Source: Leptolyngbyaceae cyanobacterium
GTDB lineage: Bacteria; Cyanobacteriota; Cyanobacteriia; Phormidesmidales; Phormidesmidaceae
Reading direction: 5' to 3'
NCBI GenBank assembly: GCA_050331235.1
Contig: JBHJHA010000035.1
Span: 1-64,000 of the forward strand
Length of the DNA stretch: 64,000 bases
The translations under genes were made by a program, and so were the position numbers. Numbering within the stretch: the first letter of the stretch is position 1; each line of letters begins with the position of its first letter. Below the pieces are notes generated by a model, which made no database searches, had not been told where the DNA came from, and saw only the letters and a list, made by a program, of their open reading frames with translations. Of this stretch, positions 17,645-29,615 are shown piece by piece.

Positions 17645-19228
17645 ATGGTCTATCCCATGACTACCCAAAATTATAAGAAAACTACGGATCGGCTCAGTCA
17701 TTTGCCGCAGACGCTCAAAGGCCTGCAAGCGGCCGACCAACGCTGGCAGCAATATCGGCAGGGCCGGATCACTGCTCCCCATGTCGTGACTCAAAGCTCA
17801 GAGCCCCTAGCCGTCGAGGTTGACTGGGATGTGATGATCTGTGGAGGAACGCTGGGGATTTTGATTGGAGCAACCTTAGCGCAGCGCGGTTGGCGGGTCG
17901 CGGTGCTAGAACGCGGAGAACTCCGCGGACGTGATCAGGAGTGGAATATCTCTCGACAAGAGCTACAAGAATTGGTTGACCTGAACCTCTTAACGCCCAG
18001 CGAGCTGGAAACGGCGATCGCTACCGAATATAATCTAGCCCGGATTCAATTTGGCGATAGTGAGCCGGTCTGGGTCCGCGACGTTCTCAATGTCGGTGTT
18101 GATCCGGTCTATTTGCTATCAGTCGTCAAGGCAAAGTTTTTGGCGGCTGGTGGTCAACTGCTAGAGCACACTGCCTTTCAAGGGGCGACGGTGCACCCAG
18201 AGGGCGTCATGATCCAGACGTCTGAGCAAAGCTATTCAGCCCGTTTGGTTATGGATGCCATGGGTCATTTTTCTCCGATTGCCCAGCAGGCCCGCCAAGG
18301 CCAAGTCCCAGATGGTGTCTGCATGGTTGTAGGCACCTGTGCTGCAGGTTTTCCAGTCAACGAAACCGGCGACCTCATCGTATCGTTTACCCCAATTCGC
18401 CATCAGTGTCAGTACTTTTGGGAAGCCTTTCCGGCGCAAGATGGACGCACCACATATTTATTTACCTATGTTGACTGTCATCCAGAGCGACCCAGTCTCA
18501 CTGACCTTTTTGACAATTATTGGACGCTGCTGCCGGACTATCAGCAAGTTGATCTTGAACAGCTGGAGATCAAGCGGGCGCTGTTTGGCTTTTTTCCTTG
18601 CTATCGTGACAGCCCTTTGGAGTATCCCTGGGGGCGGATGCTGCCTATTGGGGATAGCAGCGGTAGCCAGTCCCCCCTTAGCTTTGGGGGCTTTGGAGCC
18701 ATGATTCGACACTTGGGCCGGCTGACGATCGGGACTCACGAGGCCCTGGAGCAAGACTATCTCGATGCCCAAGCCTTGGGCTGGCTACAGCCATATCAGC
18801 CCAATCTATCGGTGACTTGGCTGTTTCAAGAAGCCATGCGAGTAGGTATCCAGCAATCCCTAGAGCCGCAGCAGATAAACCGGATTTTAGGAACAATCTT
18901 TGGCGATATGGCAGCGTTAGGCGCGCCCACGCTCAAGCCATTTTTGCAGGATGTAGTGCAGTTATCAGCGCTATCGCGGACGCTACTGCGAACATCGGTG
19001 CAGCATCCAGCTTTGGTGGCGCAGATTTTACCCCAGGTTGGAGTCACCGCGATCGCCCGCTGGCTACCCCATTTTGGGGCTTTGGCAGGATATACCCTCA
19101 TGCGCCCCCTGTTCGAAAGCTTCCACTCCCTAACGGATACGCTTCCTGAAAAACAGCAATACCAGTACCATCGTTGGTTAGAGGCTCTGAAATATGGCAC
19201 TGGCAGTGACTATGAGGAAAGTTCATGA
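17645..19228 (+). CDS. cruP: FAD-dependent oxidoreductase, CruA/CruP lycopene-cyclase family (CruP-sized)
   Basis: DVMICGGTLG, RDQEWNISR.EL, DAMGHFSPI, QYFWEAFP and QSPLSFGGFG. The gene symbol rests on length and motifs. Confidence 0.75.
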   Translation: MVYPMTTQNYKKTTDRLSHLPQTLKGLQAADQRWQQYRQGRITAPHVVTQSSEPLAVEVDWDVMICGGTLGILIGATLAQRGWRVAVLERGELRGRDQEWNISRQELQELVDLNLLTPSELETAIATEYNLARIQFGDSEPVWVRDVLNVGVDPVYLLSVVKAKFLAAGGQLLEHTAFQGATVHPEGVMIQTSEQSYSARLVMDAMGHFSPIAQQARQGQVPDGVCMVVGTCAAGFPVNETGDLIVSFTPIRHQCQYFWEAFPAQDGRTTYLFTYVDCHPERPSLTDLFDNYWTLLPDYQQVDLEQLEIKRALFGFFPCYRDSPLEYPWGRMLPIGDSSGSQSPLSFGGFGAMIRHLGRLTIGTHEALEQDYLDAQALGWLQPYQPNLSVTWLFQEAMRVGIQQSLEPQQINRILGTIFGDMAALGAPTLKPFLQDVVQLSALSRTLLRTSVQHPALVAQILPQVGVTAIARWLPHFGALAGYTLMRPLFESFHSLTDTLPEKQQYQYHRWLEALKYGTGSDYEESS

Positions 19229-20049
19229 GCTCATTGTTGGCCCGAGATCGCTTTACTAAAGAAGTGCAGCGCCCTGATGAGGCGATCAATCTTGGCTTAG
19301 CAGCGCTCTACATCGCCCAAGAAGAGTATCCGGATTTAGACTGTGGTGCTTATTTGACCCGCTTAGACCGCATGGCCGACGCACTCCGCGATCGCTTGCC
19401 GGCTGAGGCCTATCCCCTCAAGATCATTCGTGCCCTCAACGAATATCTGTTTGAGGCCCAAGGCTTTGTTGGCAATAGCCAAGACTTTTATAATCCTCAA
19501 AATAGTTTCCTCAACCAGGTCCTAGACCGGCGCACAGGCATTCCAATTACCTTGTCGCTGGTGTATCTAGAGCTGGCCAAACGCATCGATTTTCCCATGG
19601 CCGGGGTGGGGATGCCGGGACATTTCCTCGTGCGCCCTACCTTAGCTGATATGGCGATCTTCGTCGACGCCTTTCATAAAGGTGAAGTCATGTTTGAAGA
19701 GGACTGTCGCGATCGCATCAAGCTGATGTATGGCAAAGATGCTCGCATGTTGCCACAGCATCTAGATCCCATCGGGACCAAACCCTTTCTTTCCCGGATG
19801 CTCACGAATCTCAAAGTGATATATCTACAACAGCAAGATATTCCCCGGGCGCTGGCTGCGATTGACCGCATTCTACTGCTGATTCCCAATTCTTTGTTAG
19901 AACGGCGCGATCGGGGCCTGATTTATTACCGAGAGGGCCGACTGCTAGAGGCTAAATCAGATTTGAAGCACTACCTGCTGAACCATCCCAATGCACCGGA
20001 TGCGTTTCAAATTCAACAGGTTATCAGTCAAATCAATGCGATGCAGTAG
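19225..20049 (+). CDS. SirB1/YchA-family protein (transglutaminase-like core + TPR)
   Basis: NSFLNQVLDRRTGIPITLSLVY, GVGMPGHFL, RMLTNLK and RDRGLIYY. ATGA overlap with the upstream gene. Confidence 0.92.
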   Translation: MSSLLARDRFTKEVQRPDEAINLGLAALYIAQEEYPDLDCGAYLTRLDRMADALRDRLPAEAYPLKIIRALNEYLFEAQGFVGNSQDFYNPQNSFLNQVLDRRTGIPITLSLVYLELAKRIDFPMAGVGMPGHFLVRPTLADMAIFVDAFHKGEVMFEEDCRDRIKLMYGKDARMLPQHLDPIGTKPFLSRMLTNLKVIYLQQQDIPRALAAIDRILLLIPNSLLERRDRGLIYYREGRLLEAKSDLKHYLLNHPNAPDAFQIQQVISQINAMQ

Positions 20050-20177
20050 CCTTTTCTCGGTAGGGCACGAGCTCTTGACCAGGCCCCTCAAATGATCGGC
20101 TGGATCATCTTCTTAACACTTAGCGATAGGACAGCTTGCATCTTTATGGGTGTTTTCCCTCGCCAAAATATTTGTCG

Positions 20178-20207
20178 TTGACAATGCTGGTTTTTCTTGG
20201 GTACAAT
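20178..20207 (+). promoter_or_regulatory. Sigma-70-type promoter of the str operon
   Basis: TTGACA-N18-TACAAT. Confidence 0.7.
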
Positions 20208-20259
20208 CAGAGCTTGTGACATCAATATTAGCTTTCTATTTAGTTAACTCGACGACCCA

Positions 20260-20634
20260 ATGCCAACAATCCAGCAGTTAGTCCGCTCAGAAAGAGCCAA
20301 GTTAAAAGACAAAACCAAGTCTCCTGCCTTAAAAAGCTGCCCTCAGCGTCGGGGAGTATGTACCCGTGTGTATACAACCACTCCCAAGAAGCCTAACTCG
20401 GCTTTACGTAAGGTGGCTCGGGTTCGTTTGACTTCGGGTTTTGAAGTGACTGCTTATATTCCTGGTATTGGCCATAACTTGCAGGAACACTCAGTTGTCA
20501 TGATTCGCGGTGGTCGAGTCAAAGATCTGCCAGGTGTTCGCTATCACATCATCCGTGGCACCCTTGACACTGCTGGCGTAAAAGACCGTAAGCAAGGCCG
20601 CTCTAAGTATGGTGCCAAAAAGCCTAAAGAGTAA
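20260..20634 (+). CDS. rpsL: 30S ribosomal protein S12
   Basis: [20 protein letters not shown] and [12 protein letters not shown]. Confidence 0.99.
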   Translation: MPTIQQLVRSERAKLKDKTKSPALKSCPQRRGVCTRVYTTTPKKPNSALRKVARVRLTSGFEVTAYIPGIGHNLQEHSVVMIRGGRVKDLPGVRYHIIRGTLDTAGVKDRKQGRSKYGAKKPKE

Positions 20635-20758
20635 CTCGTACCGCTACTCGCCGATTTATTGCTGCAATGCTGACCTAAGGGTGGTTTGCGGCTTTTGCTA
20701 CTGACATCTATTGTGTTGCCAATTTCATCTCATCTGAGCCTAAAAGGATTATTTAAAT

Positions 20759-21229
20759 ATGTCTCGCCGTACTTCTGCACAAAAACGTGTTGTCCCGCCT
20801 GACTCCGTTTACAACAGTCGACTCGTCAGTATGATGATCCGACGCATTATGCTTGACGGTAAGAAGTCTGTTGCTAATCACATCGTCTATGATGCCTTTA
20901 CGATTATTGGCGAACGTACGGGCAGCGATCCGTTAGAAGTCTTCGAAGAAGCGGTGCGTAATGTGACCCCCTTGGTCGAAGTCAAGGCTCGTCGAGTCGG
21001 TGGTGCAACCTATCAGGTTCCGATGGAAGTTCGCCAAGACCGAGGCACTGCTTTGGCCCTGCGGTGGATCACTCAGTTCTCTCGTTCCCGTGGTGGCAAG
21101 ACCATGGCAATGAAACTTGCCAATGAATTGATGGATGCCGCTAATGAGACAGGTAGTGCAGTGCGTAAGCGTGAAGAAACTCACCGCATGGCAGAGGCCA
21201 ATAAAGCATTTGCTCACTATCGCTACTAA
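20759..21229 (+). CDS. rpsG: 30S ribosomal protein S7
   Basis: [11 protein letters not shown] and [14 protein letters not shown]. Confidence 0.99.
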   Translation: MSRRTSAQKRVVPPDSVYNSRLVSMMIRRIMLDGKKSVANHIVYDAFTIIGERTGSDPLEVFEEAVRNVTPLVEVKARRVGGATYQVPMEVRQDRGTALALRWITQFSRSRGGKTMAMKLANELMDAANETGSAVRKREETHRMAEANKAFAHYRY

Positions 21230-21318
21230 GTGGCTTGCCCAGAGCGGTAGCTCAGACATTCGATATACAAAACGATAGACTAGGCATCAGCTAGTCTGCA
21301 TTGCCTTAGGAGATCGCT

Positions 21319-23394
21319 GTGGCACGCACAAATCCCTTAGAACAAATCAGAAATATTGGGATTGCCGCTCATATTGACGCAGGCAAGACAACAACGACTG
21401 AACGAATTTTGTTCTACTCTGGCGTAGTTCACAAAATTGGTGAGGTTCATGATGGTACGGCGGTTACCGATTGGATGGCGCAGGAGCGAGAGCGGGGCAT
21501 CACCATTACTGCTGCTGCCATTAGCACCACTTGGCGTTATCATCAGATCAACATCATTGATACTCCAGGGCATGTTGACTTCACAATCGAAGTCGAGCGC
21601 TCAATGCGAGTTTTAGATGGGGTGATTGCGGTATTTTGCTCGGTTGGTGGTGTGCAGCCACAGTCAGAAACAGTTTGGCGACAGGCAAACCGCTACAGTG
21701 TGCCGCGCATTGCGTTTGTCAACAAAATGGATCGCACGGGCGCGAATTTCTTTCGTGTACATCAACAGATTCGCGATCGCCTTAAAGCTAATGCTGTGCC
21801 GATCCAGATCCCGATTGGTGCCGAAGATGGTTTCACCGGCGTTGTTGATTTAGTGAAAATGCGTGCTCGCATTTACAACGACGATCTCGGTATGGATATG
21901 GAGGATACTGATATTCCTGAGAGCGTTCGCAAGACCGCTGAGCAGTACCGTGTAGAGCTGCTAGAGGCGATCGCCGAGACTGACGATACGCTCATGGAAC
22001 AGTATCTGGAGGGGGAAGCGCTTAGTGAATCTGAAGTTGTCCTTGGTATTCGCCGAGCAGTACTTACTGGAGCGATCGTTCCCATGCTCTGTGGTTCTGC
22101 GTTTAAGAACAAAGGTGTTCAGCTTCTGCTAGATGCAGTGGTTGATTATTTGCCTGCGCCAACTGAGGTGCCTCCTATTCAAGGGTTACTGCCCGATGGC
22201 AGCGAAGCGAGTCGCCCAGCGGATGATGATGCTCCCTTTGCAGCCCTCGCCTTCAAGATTATGGCTGATCCCTATGGAAGGCTGACGTTTATTCGAGTCT
22301 ACTCCGGTGTTTTGGAGAAAGGGAGCTATATCCTCAACGCGACTAAAGAGAAAAAAGAGCGAATCTCGCGTTTAATCGTTATGAAGGCAGATGATCGTAT
22401 CGAGGTGGACGAACTGCGAGCCGGGGATTTGGGCGCGGTCTTAGGGCTCAAGAATACTTTTACTGGCGACACTATTTGTGATCCCAAAGAGCCGATTATC
22501 TTAGAGTCACTCTATATTCCTGAGCCAGTGATCTCGGTAGCGGTTGAGCCTAAGACTCAACAGGATATGGACAAGCTCTCAAAAGCGCTGCAGTCGCTTT
22601 CTGATGAAGACCCGACATTTAAGGTCAGTATTAATCCGGAAACTAATCAAACGGTTATTGCCGGTATGGGTGAGCTGCATCTCGATATCTTGGTTGATCG
22701 GATGCTGCGTGAATTCAAAGTGGAGGCTAATATTGGTAATCCCCAAGTCGCTTACCGTGAAACCATTCGCCAATCTACGCAGGTTGAAGGGAAATTTATC
22801 CGCCAGAGTGGCGGCAAAGGTCAATACGGCCACGTCGTAGTTGAATTGGAACCAGCCGAAGCAGGCAGCGGGTTTGAGTTTGTCTCCAAGATCGTTGGAG
22901 GGACTATCCCCAAAGAATTCATTGCTCCTGCTGAGCAGGGTATGAAAGAGGCTTGTGAATCTGGTATCCTAGCCGGGTATCCTGTCATCGATTTAAAGGT
23001 TACTCTGGTAGATGGCTCTTATCACGATGTTGATTCATCAGAGGTAGCCTTCAAGATCGCGGGGTCGATGGCTATGCGTGAGGGCGTCTTAAAAGCTTCT
23101 CCTGTACTTCTCGAACCTACAATGAAGGTTGAGGTCGAAGTCCCCGATGATTTTCTAGGGGACGTTATTGGTGACCTCAACGCTCGTCGAGGTCATATCG
23201 AGGGTATGGGATCTGAAGAAGGCATCACCAAGGTTACTGCTAAAGTTCCCTTGGCTGAGATGTTTGGTTATGCCACAGATATCCGGTCCAGAACTCAGGG
23301 TCGTGGCATTTTTTCGATGGAGTTTAGCCATTATGAGGAAGTTCCTCGCAATGTGGCAGAGCCCATCATCGCTAAAAACACTGGGAACGCGTAG
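21319..23394 (+). CDS. fusA: Elongation factor G
   Basis: [28 protein letters not shown] and GMGELHL. GTG start after AGGAG. Confidence 0.99.
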   Translation: MARTNPLEQIRNIGIAAHIDAGKTTTTERILFYSGVVHKIGEVHDGTAVTDWMAQERERGITITAAAISTTWRYHQINIIDTPGHVDFTIEVERSMRVLDGVIAVFCSVGGVQPQSETVWRQANRYSVPRIAFVNKMDRTGANFFRVHQQIRDRLKANAVPIQIPIGAEDGFTGVVDLVKMRARIYNDDLGMDMEDTDIPESVRKTAEQYRVELLEAIAETDDTLMEQYLEGEALSESEVVLGIRRAVLTGAIVPMLCGSAFKNKGVQLLLDAVVDYLPAPTEVPPIQGLLPDGSEASRPADDDAPFAALAFKIMADPYGRLTFIRVYSGVLEKGSYILNATKEKKERISRLIVMKADDRIEVDELRAGDLGAVLGLKNTFTGDTICDPKEPIILESLYIPEPVISVAVEPKTQQDMDKLSKALQSLSDEDPTFKVSINPETNQTVIAGMGELHLDILVDRMLREFKVEANIGNPQVAYRETIRQSTQVEGKFIRQSGGKGQYGHVVVELEPAEAGSGFEFVSKIVGGTIPKEFIAPAEQGMKEACESGILAGYPVIDLKVTLVDGSYHDVDSSEVAFKIAGSMAMREGVLKASPVLLEPTMKVEVEVPDDFLGDVIGDLNARRGHIEGMGSEEGITKVTAKVPLAEMFGYATDIRSRTQGRGIFSMEFSHYEEVPRNVAEPIIAKNTGNA

Positions 23395-23420
23395 GTTTAG
23401 TTTAGGGACACGTAAAGTAA

Positions 23421-24626
23421 ATGGCACGAGAGAAGTTTGAAAGAAACAAACCTCACGTCAACATTGGTACTATCGGTCACGTTGACCATGGTAAGACCAC
23501 GTTGACAGCAGCGATCACGATGACTTTGGCTAAGTCAGGTGGTGCTAAGGCTCGTAACTACGCTGACATCGATGCTGCACCTGAAGAAAAGGCTCGTGGG
23601 ATTACTATTAACACGGCTCACGTTGAGTATGAGACTGGTAACCGTCACTATGCTCACGTAGACTGCCCCGGGCACGCAGATTATGTGAAAAACATGATCA
23701 CGGGTGCTGCACAAATGGATGGCGCTATTCTGGTCTGCTCGGCCGCCGATGGCCCCATGCCTCAAACTCGAGAGCACATTTTGTTGTCGCGCCAGGTCGG
23801 TGTACCGGCTCTGGTTGTCTTCTTGAATAAGGAAGATCAGGTGGATGATGAAGAGCTGCTTGAGCTGGTAGAGTTGGAAGTCAGCGAACTTCTTAGCGAG
23901 TATGACTTTCCCGGCGACGATATCCCCATCACCGTCGGTTCTGCTCTCAAGGCCGTTGAGGAAGGCGGTGAAGGCGAGTGGAGCAACAAGATTCTCGCGC
24001 TGATGGACACCGTTGACGAGTACATTCCGACTCCAGAGCGCGACGTTGATAAGCCTTTCTTGATGGGGGTTGAGGACGTCTTCTCTATTACTGGTCGTGG
24101 GACTGTCGCAACTGGGCGAATTGAGCGTGGCATCATCAAGGTTGGTGAAACGATTGAAATCGTTGGGATCAGAGACACCCGCAGTACAACTGTGACAGGT
24201 GTTGAAATGTTCCAAAAGACCTTGGATGAGGGGCAAGCTGGTGACAACGTCGGTGTTCTGCTCCGGGGTATCCAGAAGGAAGACATCGAGCGCGGCATGG
24301 TGCTTGTTAAGCCTGGTTCTATCACTCCTCATACCACTTTTGAGGGTGAAGTTTATATCCTCAAGAAAGAGGAGGGTGGACGTCACACTCCGTTCTTCGC
24401 CGGCTATAAGCCTCAGTTTTACATCAGAACAACAGACGTAACTGGTTCTATCGAGGAATACACTTCTGACGAAGGTGAGAAGGTAGAGATGGTGATGCCT
24501 GGTGACCGGATCAAGATGACTGTGAAGCTCATCAACCCGGTGGCGATTGAAAATGGTATGCGCTTCGCTATTCGTGAAGGCGGTCGTACCGTCGGTGCAG
24601 GCGTGGTTTCTAAGATTCTCGAATAA
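23421..24626 (+). CDS. tuf: Elongation factor Tu
   Basis: [17 protein letters not shown] and [14 protein letters not shown]. Confidence 0.99.
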   Translation: MAREKFERNKPHVNIGTIGHVDHGKTTLTAAITMTLAKSGGAKARNYADIDAAPEEKARGITINTAHVEYETGNRHYAHVDCPGHADYVKNMITGAAQMDGAILVCSAADGPMPQTREHILLSRQVGVPALVVFLNKEDQVDDEELLELVELEVSELLSEYDFPGDDIPITVGSALKAVEEGGEGEWSNKILALMDTVDEYIPTPERDVDKPFLMGVEDVFSITGRGTVATGRIERGIIKVGETIEIVGIRDTRSTTVTGVEMFQKTLDEGQAGDNVGVLLRGIQKEDIERGMVLVKPGSITPHTTFEGEVYILKKEEGGRHTPFFAGYKPQFYIRTTDVTGSIEEYTSDEGEKVEMVMPGDRIKMTVKLINPVAIENGMRFAIREGGRTVGAGVVSKILE

Positions 24627-24643
24627 GACACTTAGAAATTTGG

Positions 24644-24675
24644 TGGGGAGAGTGTTTCTTTGAAGGCTCTCCCCA
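24644..24675 (+). terminator. Hairpin between tuf and rpsJ (attenuator or stabilising stem)
   Basis: TGGGGAGAG ... CTCTCCCCA, without a long U tract. Confidence 0.5.
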
Positions 24676-24742
24676 TATGATTAGATTGACAGGTCCCCTT
24701 GGACTTTTCTGAACCTTGAAAACTTGGCTTAGGTAAACTTGC

Positions 24743-25060
24743 ATGGCAACTATTCAGCAGCAAAAAATTCGTATTCGCCTCAAAGCATTTGACCGTCGTC
24801 TTTTGGATACTTCTTGTGAAAAGATTGTGGATACGGCTAACCGAACCAATGCGACTGCGATTGGTCCGATTCCGTTGCCAACAAAGCGAAAAATCTATTG
24901 TGTGTTGCGATCGCCCCACGTTAACAAAGACTCCCGAGAGCACTTCGAAACCCGCACCCATCGCCGCATTATCGACATTTATCAACCTTCCTCTAAGACG
25001 ATTGATGCACTGATGAAGCTTGACCTGCCTGCTGGTGTAGATATTGAAGTAAAGCTGTAG
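24743..25060 (+). CDS. rpsJ: 30S ribosomal protein S10
   Basis: [17 protein letters not shown] and [14 protein letters not shown]. Confidence 0.99.
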   Translation: MATIQQQKIRIRLKAFDRRLLDTSCEKIVDTANRTNATAIGPIPLPTKRKIYCVLRSPHVNKDSREHFETRTHRRIIDIYQPSSKTIDALMKLDLPAGVDIEVKL

Positions 25061-25223
25061 GCGTTTTTTCTTGGTCAATGAGGCTTGCAGAGTCGTGATA
25101 GTGCTATCTGTTATTGGGCCTGGCCCACCCCTGAAAATTTGATGCGATAGAATGTAAATGCAAAGTCTTCGTAGTTAAGACCTATAGGCTTTGTCACTAT
25201 TGCTACTAGGCACCTTGAGATAC

Positions 25224-25862
25224 ATGCCTGCTTCTTCATTGGCTGTTAGAGAAATTCCACTTTTTCCTCTGCCTGAATTGGTGCTCTTCCCGGGAGCGCA
25301 CCTCCCCCTTCATATCTTTGAGTTTCGCTACCGGATTATGATGAATACGATACTCCAAGGCGATCGCAGCTTTGGAGTATTGATGTTTGATCCTGAAACT
25401 AAAGAACCAGCCCGTATTGGCTGCTCTGCTGAGGTCTTACATTCCCAAAAACTGCCAGATGATCGCATGAAAATGCTGACCGTTGGTAAGCAACGTTTTC
25501 GAGTTTTAGATTACGTAAGGGAAAAACCCTATCTTGTTGGTTTAGTTGAATGGATCGATGATCAACCAGCTGATCAAGACCTTTCTACTCTCGTAGGAGA
25601 AGTTGATCAACTCTTGCGCGATGTTGTTCACCTCTCAGCAAAACTGACTAGCCGCGAAGTAGAGTTGCCCAGCAATATTCCTTCAATGCCTCAAGAGCTA
25701 TCCTATTGGGTTGCGAGCAACCTCTATGATGCTGCCGATGAGCAGCAAGCGCTATTGGAGATGGTCAGCACCCGCAATCGTTTAGAGCGTGAAGCGGAGA
25801 TATTAATGGCTACTCGCAACCATTTAGCGGCCCGTACTGCCCTGAAAGATGTTTGGGAATAG
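25224..25862 (+). CDS. Lon peptidase N-terminal (substrate-binding) domain protein
   Basis: IPLFPLPELVLFPG..LPLHIFEFRYRIM. Start placed at MPASS. Confidence 0.92.
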   Translation: MPASSLAVREIPLFPLPELVLFPGAHLPLHIFEFRYRIMMNTILQGDRSFGVLMFDPETKEPARIGCSAEVLHSQKLPDDRMKMLTVGKQRFRVLDYVREKPYLVGLVEWIDDQPADQDLSTLVGEVDQLLRDVVHLSAKLTSREVELPSNIPSMPQELSYWVASNLYDAADEQQALLEMVSTRNRLEREAEILMATRNHLAARTALKDVWE

Positions 25863-25996
25863 AACTTGAAATTTTTGTCTTTCCAGGATCGAGAAAGGTT
25901 TAACCTTGTCTCTTTTCTTTAGAGCATTTGGTCGGTTGCTGACAGAGGCGGCACTCTTTGGGAATCGAGGGCAGTCTTAGTGTTGAGAACAGGAAA

Positions 25997-26045
25997 GAGA
26001 CGCCGTGGGTTGCGCCTCTCGTGGGTGTACAAACTTGTACACCCA
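25997..26045. repeat. Two adjacent REP-like palindromes between convergent genes
   Basis: Imperfect GAGACGC...GCGCCTCTC followed by perfect TGGGTGTACAA-AC-TTGTACACCCA (26022-26045). Confidence 0.55.
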
Positions 26046-26070
26046 ATACTGCTCATAGTTGGCGATAGTT

Positions 26071-26553
26071 TTAGAAGGTGTAGCCGACACCTAATACTCC
26101 ATTGACATCGCTGTTCTCATAGATCGACCAGTTTACAGAGCCGTTGATGGTGACCTTGTCAGACAGGCGATAGTCGACTCCGGCGGTTAACAGAGGTGCG
26201 ATCTCGCTATCATCTCCCGTTTTGGCGGCAATACCTCCTCCTGCGTAGGGCAGGAGTTTGCCATTTGGCGTAATAGGGTTGAAATCGTACGTCACCGGTA
26301 AGGTGAAAGAAGTTTGGCCATCGGAAAAATCAAAGTCAGTAATTAAGCCAGGACGAACAGAAACCTGATTGCCGACTGTCAGTTTGCTATTGATGGCTAA
26401 GCCAAGGTCGCTATCGCCCAAGTCACCTACACCCAATCCTAGCCCCACATAGTTGTAGTTGTTGGTTGTAGGGGTTTGGGCTTGGGCAGCATGGCTGAGT
26501 GCGATCGAACCAATTAAAGTCAGAGCAGCGAGCGAAACAATTCTTGCTTTCAT
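26071..26553 (-). CDS. Outer-membrane beta-barrel protein (OmpA/OmpW-like)
   Basis: Signal peptide ending AQA, alternating beta-strands (PVTYDF, PYAGGG, AGVDY) and C-terminal GVGYTF. Confidence 0.88.
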   Translation of the reverse strand: MKARIVSLAALTLIGSIALSHAAQAQTPTTNNYNYVGLGLGVGDLGDSDLGLAINSKLTVGNQVSVRPGLITDFDFSDGQTSFTLPVTYDFNPITPNGKLLPYAGGGIAAKTGDDSEIAPLLTAGVDYRLSDKVTINGSVNWSIYENSDVNGVLGVGYTF

Positions 26554-26991
26554 GGGAAATCCTTTTCTATACAGAGACACAGATGTTGCAGAGCAAAGCC
26601 GAAGCTTTGGCTATGTAACTGTTGTAGCGCTATACGGCTGGAGGTGTGCCAGTCGGATGTGACAGATGCTGCTGTGGTCAGCTCAAGTGCTCAGATGTAG
26701 AAAATCCATCAAGGTTGGTAAGAAGCCTTGACAATAGCTGTTGAACGTAGCTACCGTGTTTTGGGCTGTGACCACTGTTGAAGGCAACCCTGTTGGAGGG
26801 CAGGCCTCAAAACCCTTATCGTCTGTTCTCCGAACTTCACATAGGTATCGGAGCAGCGCGGTTCCCTTTATGAGATAACTTGCCGAGCTGTCACGGTGCA
26901 ATGCCACACAGGGCTGGGAAAATCCATGAGAGCATCAGAGCGATTTCGATATGAGATTGATTTGGGGGTTCTCATGCAGACAGATATAGCA

Positions 26992-27031
26992 AAACACCCC
27001 TCGTCAGCATGAGACTGAATAAGGGGTGTTT
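26992..27031 (-). terminator. Hairpin downstream of typA
   Basis: AAACACCCCT ... AGGGGTGTTT. Confidence 0.6.
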
Positions 27032-27057
27032 ACAGCTTTCAAGGTAGGCGTTTGGCT

Positions 27058-28848
27058 TTATCGCTTTACAAGCTTTTTCGAGATTTTGCGGATACGGATG
27101 GACTCAGGAGTTACTTCGACCATTTCATCAGCGCTGATGTATTCCAAGGCGCGCTCTAGGCTCATTTCCATTGGCGTCTGTAGCTGTACGAGTTCATCGC
27201 CTGTGGCTGAGCGATGATTGGTAAGTTGCTTAGTCTTGCAGACATTCAGCTCTAAGTCTTGGGGCCGATTGTTTTCCCCAATCACCATCCCCTTGTACAC
27301 CTTTGTCCCTGGTGTGATAAAGAAAACGCCACGGTCTTCCGCATTTTTCAGTGCATAGAAGGTTGCTGTGCCTTCCTCAAAGGCTACCAACACGCCATTG
27401 CGGCGAGTTTCAACTTCGCCACTCATCGGTCGATATTCTAAGAAACTGTGGTTCATCAGACCTTCACCGCGGGATAGGCGCATAAACTCGCCCCGGAAGC
27501 CAATCAACCCCCGAGCCGGCACCACGAACTCTAACGTAGAACGCCCATTGCCTGTAATGCGCATGTCTTGCATTTCTCCACGGCGTTGACCTAGGCGCTC
27601 CATGCAGCCTCCAACGGCATCTTCAGGAATATCTAGAACGAGCAGTTCGTATGGTTCGCAGGGGGTGCCATTGACCTCGCGAAAAATTACCTGGGGCTGA
27701 GAAACTTGAAACTCGTAGCCTTCACGGCGCATGTTTTCGATGAGAATGCCGAGGTGCAGTTCGCCCCGACCCGAGACTGAAAAGCGATCCGGTGAGTCGG
27801 TAGGCTCTACTCGCAGTGCCACATTAGTTTCAAGCTCGCGCATCAAGCGATCGCGCAACTGACGAGAAGTGACAAATTTGCCTTCTTGGCCTGCAAATGG
27901 TGAATCATTAACAGCGAAGGTCATGCTCAGGGTCGGCTCATCGACGCTGATGAGTGGCAAGGCTTCGGGGTTATCAGGGCAGGCAATGGTTTCCCCAATG
28001 TTGGCATCGGAGAAACCCGAGATCGCTACAATTTGCCCAGCGCTGGCTGCTTCAATTTCAATGCGCTGGAGCCCCTCAAAGCCTAGCAGTTTAGTAATTT
28101 TAGACTTAACATGCTTACCTTCGCGGTTGATGAGCATAGCAGGCTGGCCCACACTCACAGTGCCGTTGTGGATTTTGCCAATCACGATGCGACCCAAATA
28201 CTCAGAATAGTCGAGCGTTGTGACCTGAAGCTGGAAGGGCTTCTCAGCATCTCCAACTGGCGGGGGAACATGGTCAAGGATAGCTTCGAAGAGCGGCTGC
28301 ATATCCTTCTCTTCGTCGTCTAGCTCTTTCTTGGCAAATTCACTGAGGCCTGATGCATATAGATAAGGAAACTCGCACTGGTCATCATCAGCCCCGAGTT
28401 CAATAAACAGGTCTAACACTTTATTAATAGCGCCGTGGGGATCTGCCTGGGGACGGTCAATCTTATTAAGGACAACAATTGGCCGTAGTCCTTTTTCCAA
28501 AGCCTTTTTGAGTACGAAACGCGTCTGCGGCATCGGACCTTCGTTGGCGTCGACGATCAGAATGCAACCATCAACCATGCCTAAAACTCGCTCCACCTCG
28601 CCGCCAAAGTCGGCGTGGCCAGGGGTGTCAACAATATTAATGAGAGTGTCTTTGTAGCGAACAGCGGTATTCTTGGAAAGAATAGTGATGCCCCGTTCGC
28701 GCTCAATATCGTTGGAATCCATTACGCAGTCAGGAATGTCTTCCCCCTCACGGAAAATGCCGGACTGTTTTAAGAGCGCATCAACAAGCGTAGTTTTGCC
28801 GTGGTCAACGTGAGCAATGATAGCGACGTTGCGAATGGGAAGAGTCAT
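27058..28848 (-). CDS. typA: Translational GTPase TypA/BipA
   Basis: [34 protein letters not shown] and [11 protein letters not shown]. Confidence 0.98.
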   Translation of the reverse strand: MTLPIRNVAIIAHVDHGKTTLVDALLKQSGIFREGEDIPDCVMDSNDIERERGITILSKNTAVRYKDTLINIVDTPGHADFGGEVERVLGMVDGCILIVDANEGPMPQTRFVLKKALEKGLRPIVVLNKIDRPQADPHGAINKVLDLFIELGADDDQCEFPYLYASGLSEFAKKELDDEEKDMQPLFEAILDHVPPPVGDAEKPFQLQVTTLDYSEYLGRIVIGKIHNGTVSVGQPAMLINREGKHVKSKITKLLGFEGLQRIEIEAASAGQIVAISGFSDANIGETIACPDNPEALPLISVDEPTLSMTFAVNDSPFAGQEGKFVTSRQLRDRLMRELETNVALRVEPTDSPDRFSVSGRGELHLGILIENMRREGYEFQVSQPQVIFREVNGTPCEPYELLVLDIPEDAVGGCMERLGQRRGEMQDMRITGNGRSTLEFVVPARGLIGFRGEFMRLSRGEGLMNHSFLEYRPMSGEVETRRNGVLVAFEEGTATFYALKNAEDRGVFFITPGTKVYKGMVIGENNRPQDLELNVCKTKQLTNHRSATGDELVQLQTPMEMSLERALEYISADEMVEVTPESIRIRKISKKLVKR

Positions 28849-29108
28849 GATTTCTTAGAAATCCTGTGATGTTTAGAAAGGTGCGATCGCGTAAAGGGAT
28901 GTCCCTAGACAGTAGTCAATCTTAACAATTGTAACTCACCTATTTAGGTCTTGTTGAATCAATGTTTTATGTCGTTTAGAGAAAAAGGCATGCACGATAT
29001 CGCCCCCAATCGTTCAACGATTTTCGAACCATTATTAAGTTATGGTGGCGGACTTTACCTAGGCAAACCGTCATTCCGATAGGATCTGAATGGTTTAGAT
29101 TTAGCTCT

Positions 29109-29615
29109 GTGAAACCGATTGCCTCCACCGAATCTTCTCTACCCCAAGTCTCAATCGGCTGGCGCGAATGGGTGGCATTGCCTCAGTTGGGTGTCGATCA
29201 TGTCAAAGTAAAAATTGACACCGGTGCAAGAACCTCCGCTTTGCATGCGGTCGCCGTTGAGTATTTTGATGAGGCCGGGGTGGCAATGGTGTGCTTTAAG
29301 GTACATCCCATTCAGAGGGATATGTCAACTGTCGTCAGCGCCACTGCTCCGCTCTTAGAAAAGCGCCAAATTCGCAACTCCGGTGGCCAAGTACAGGAGC
29401 GGCCGGTGATTAGAACGGTGTTATCCCTCGGCAAATATCAGTGGGATATCGAACTGACGCTAACTAACCGAGACGTAATGGGTTTTCGTATGTTGTTGGG
29501 CCGAGAAGCTGTGAGGCGTCGATTTTTAGTGGATCCTGGAGGATCTTATTTGATGAGCAAAGCGAGTCGAGCCCTGCTCCCCTCTGAAGAAGTTGATGAA
29601 CCTGATCTGCCATGA
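29109..29615 (+). CDS. RimK-associated retropepsin-like protease (RimB / 'ATP-dependent Zn protease' family)
   Basis: [22 protein letters not shown] and [15 protein letters not shown]. Confidence 0.92.
   Translation: MKPIASTESSLPQVSIGWREWVALPQLGVDHVKVKIDTGARTSALHAVAVEYFDEAGVAMVCFKVHPIQRDMSTVVSATAPLLEKRQIRNSGGQVQERPVIRTVLSLGKYQWDIELTLTNRDVMGFRMLLGREAVRRRFLVDPGGSYLMSKASRALLPSEEVDEPDLP

Noticed and set aside
20260..20634. Streptomycin-resistance alleles in rpsL
   Set aside because: PKKPNS and RVKDLP both retain the wild-type lysines.
23535..24386. 283-aa antisense ORF inside tuf, and similar shadows in fusA, typA and glnA
   Set aside because: An expected by-product of codon bias in highly expressed genes. 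No RBS or motifs.
28917..28934. HLR1-like repeat upstream of typA (minus GTTACAAT-TG-TTAAGATT), and a similar weak one near 58838-58855
   Set aside because: Two or more mismatches in one half-site within AT-rich DNA. Too weak to call.
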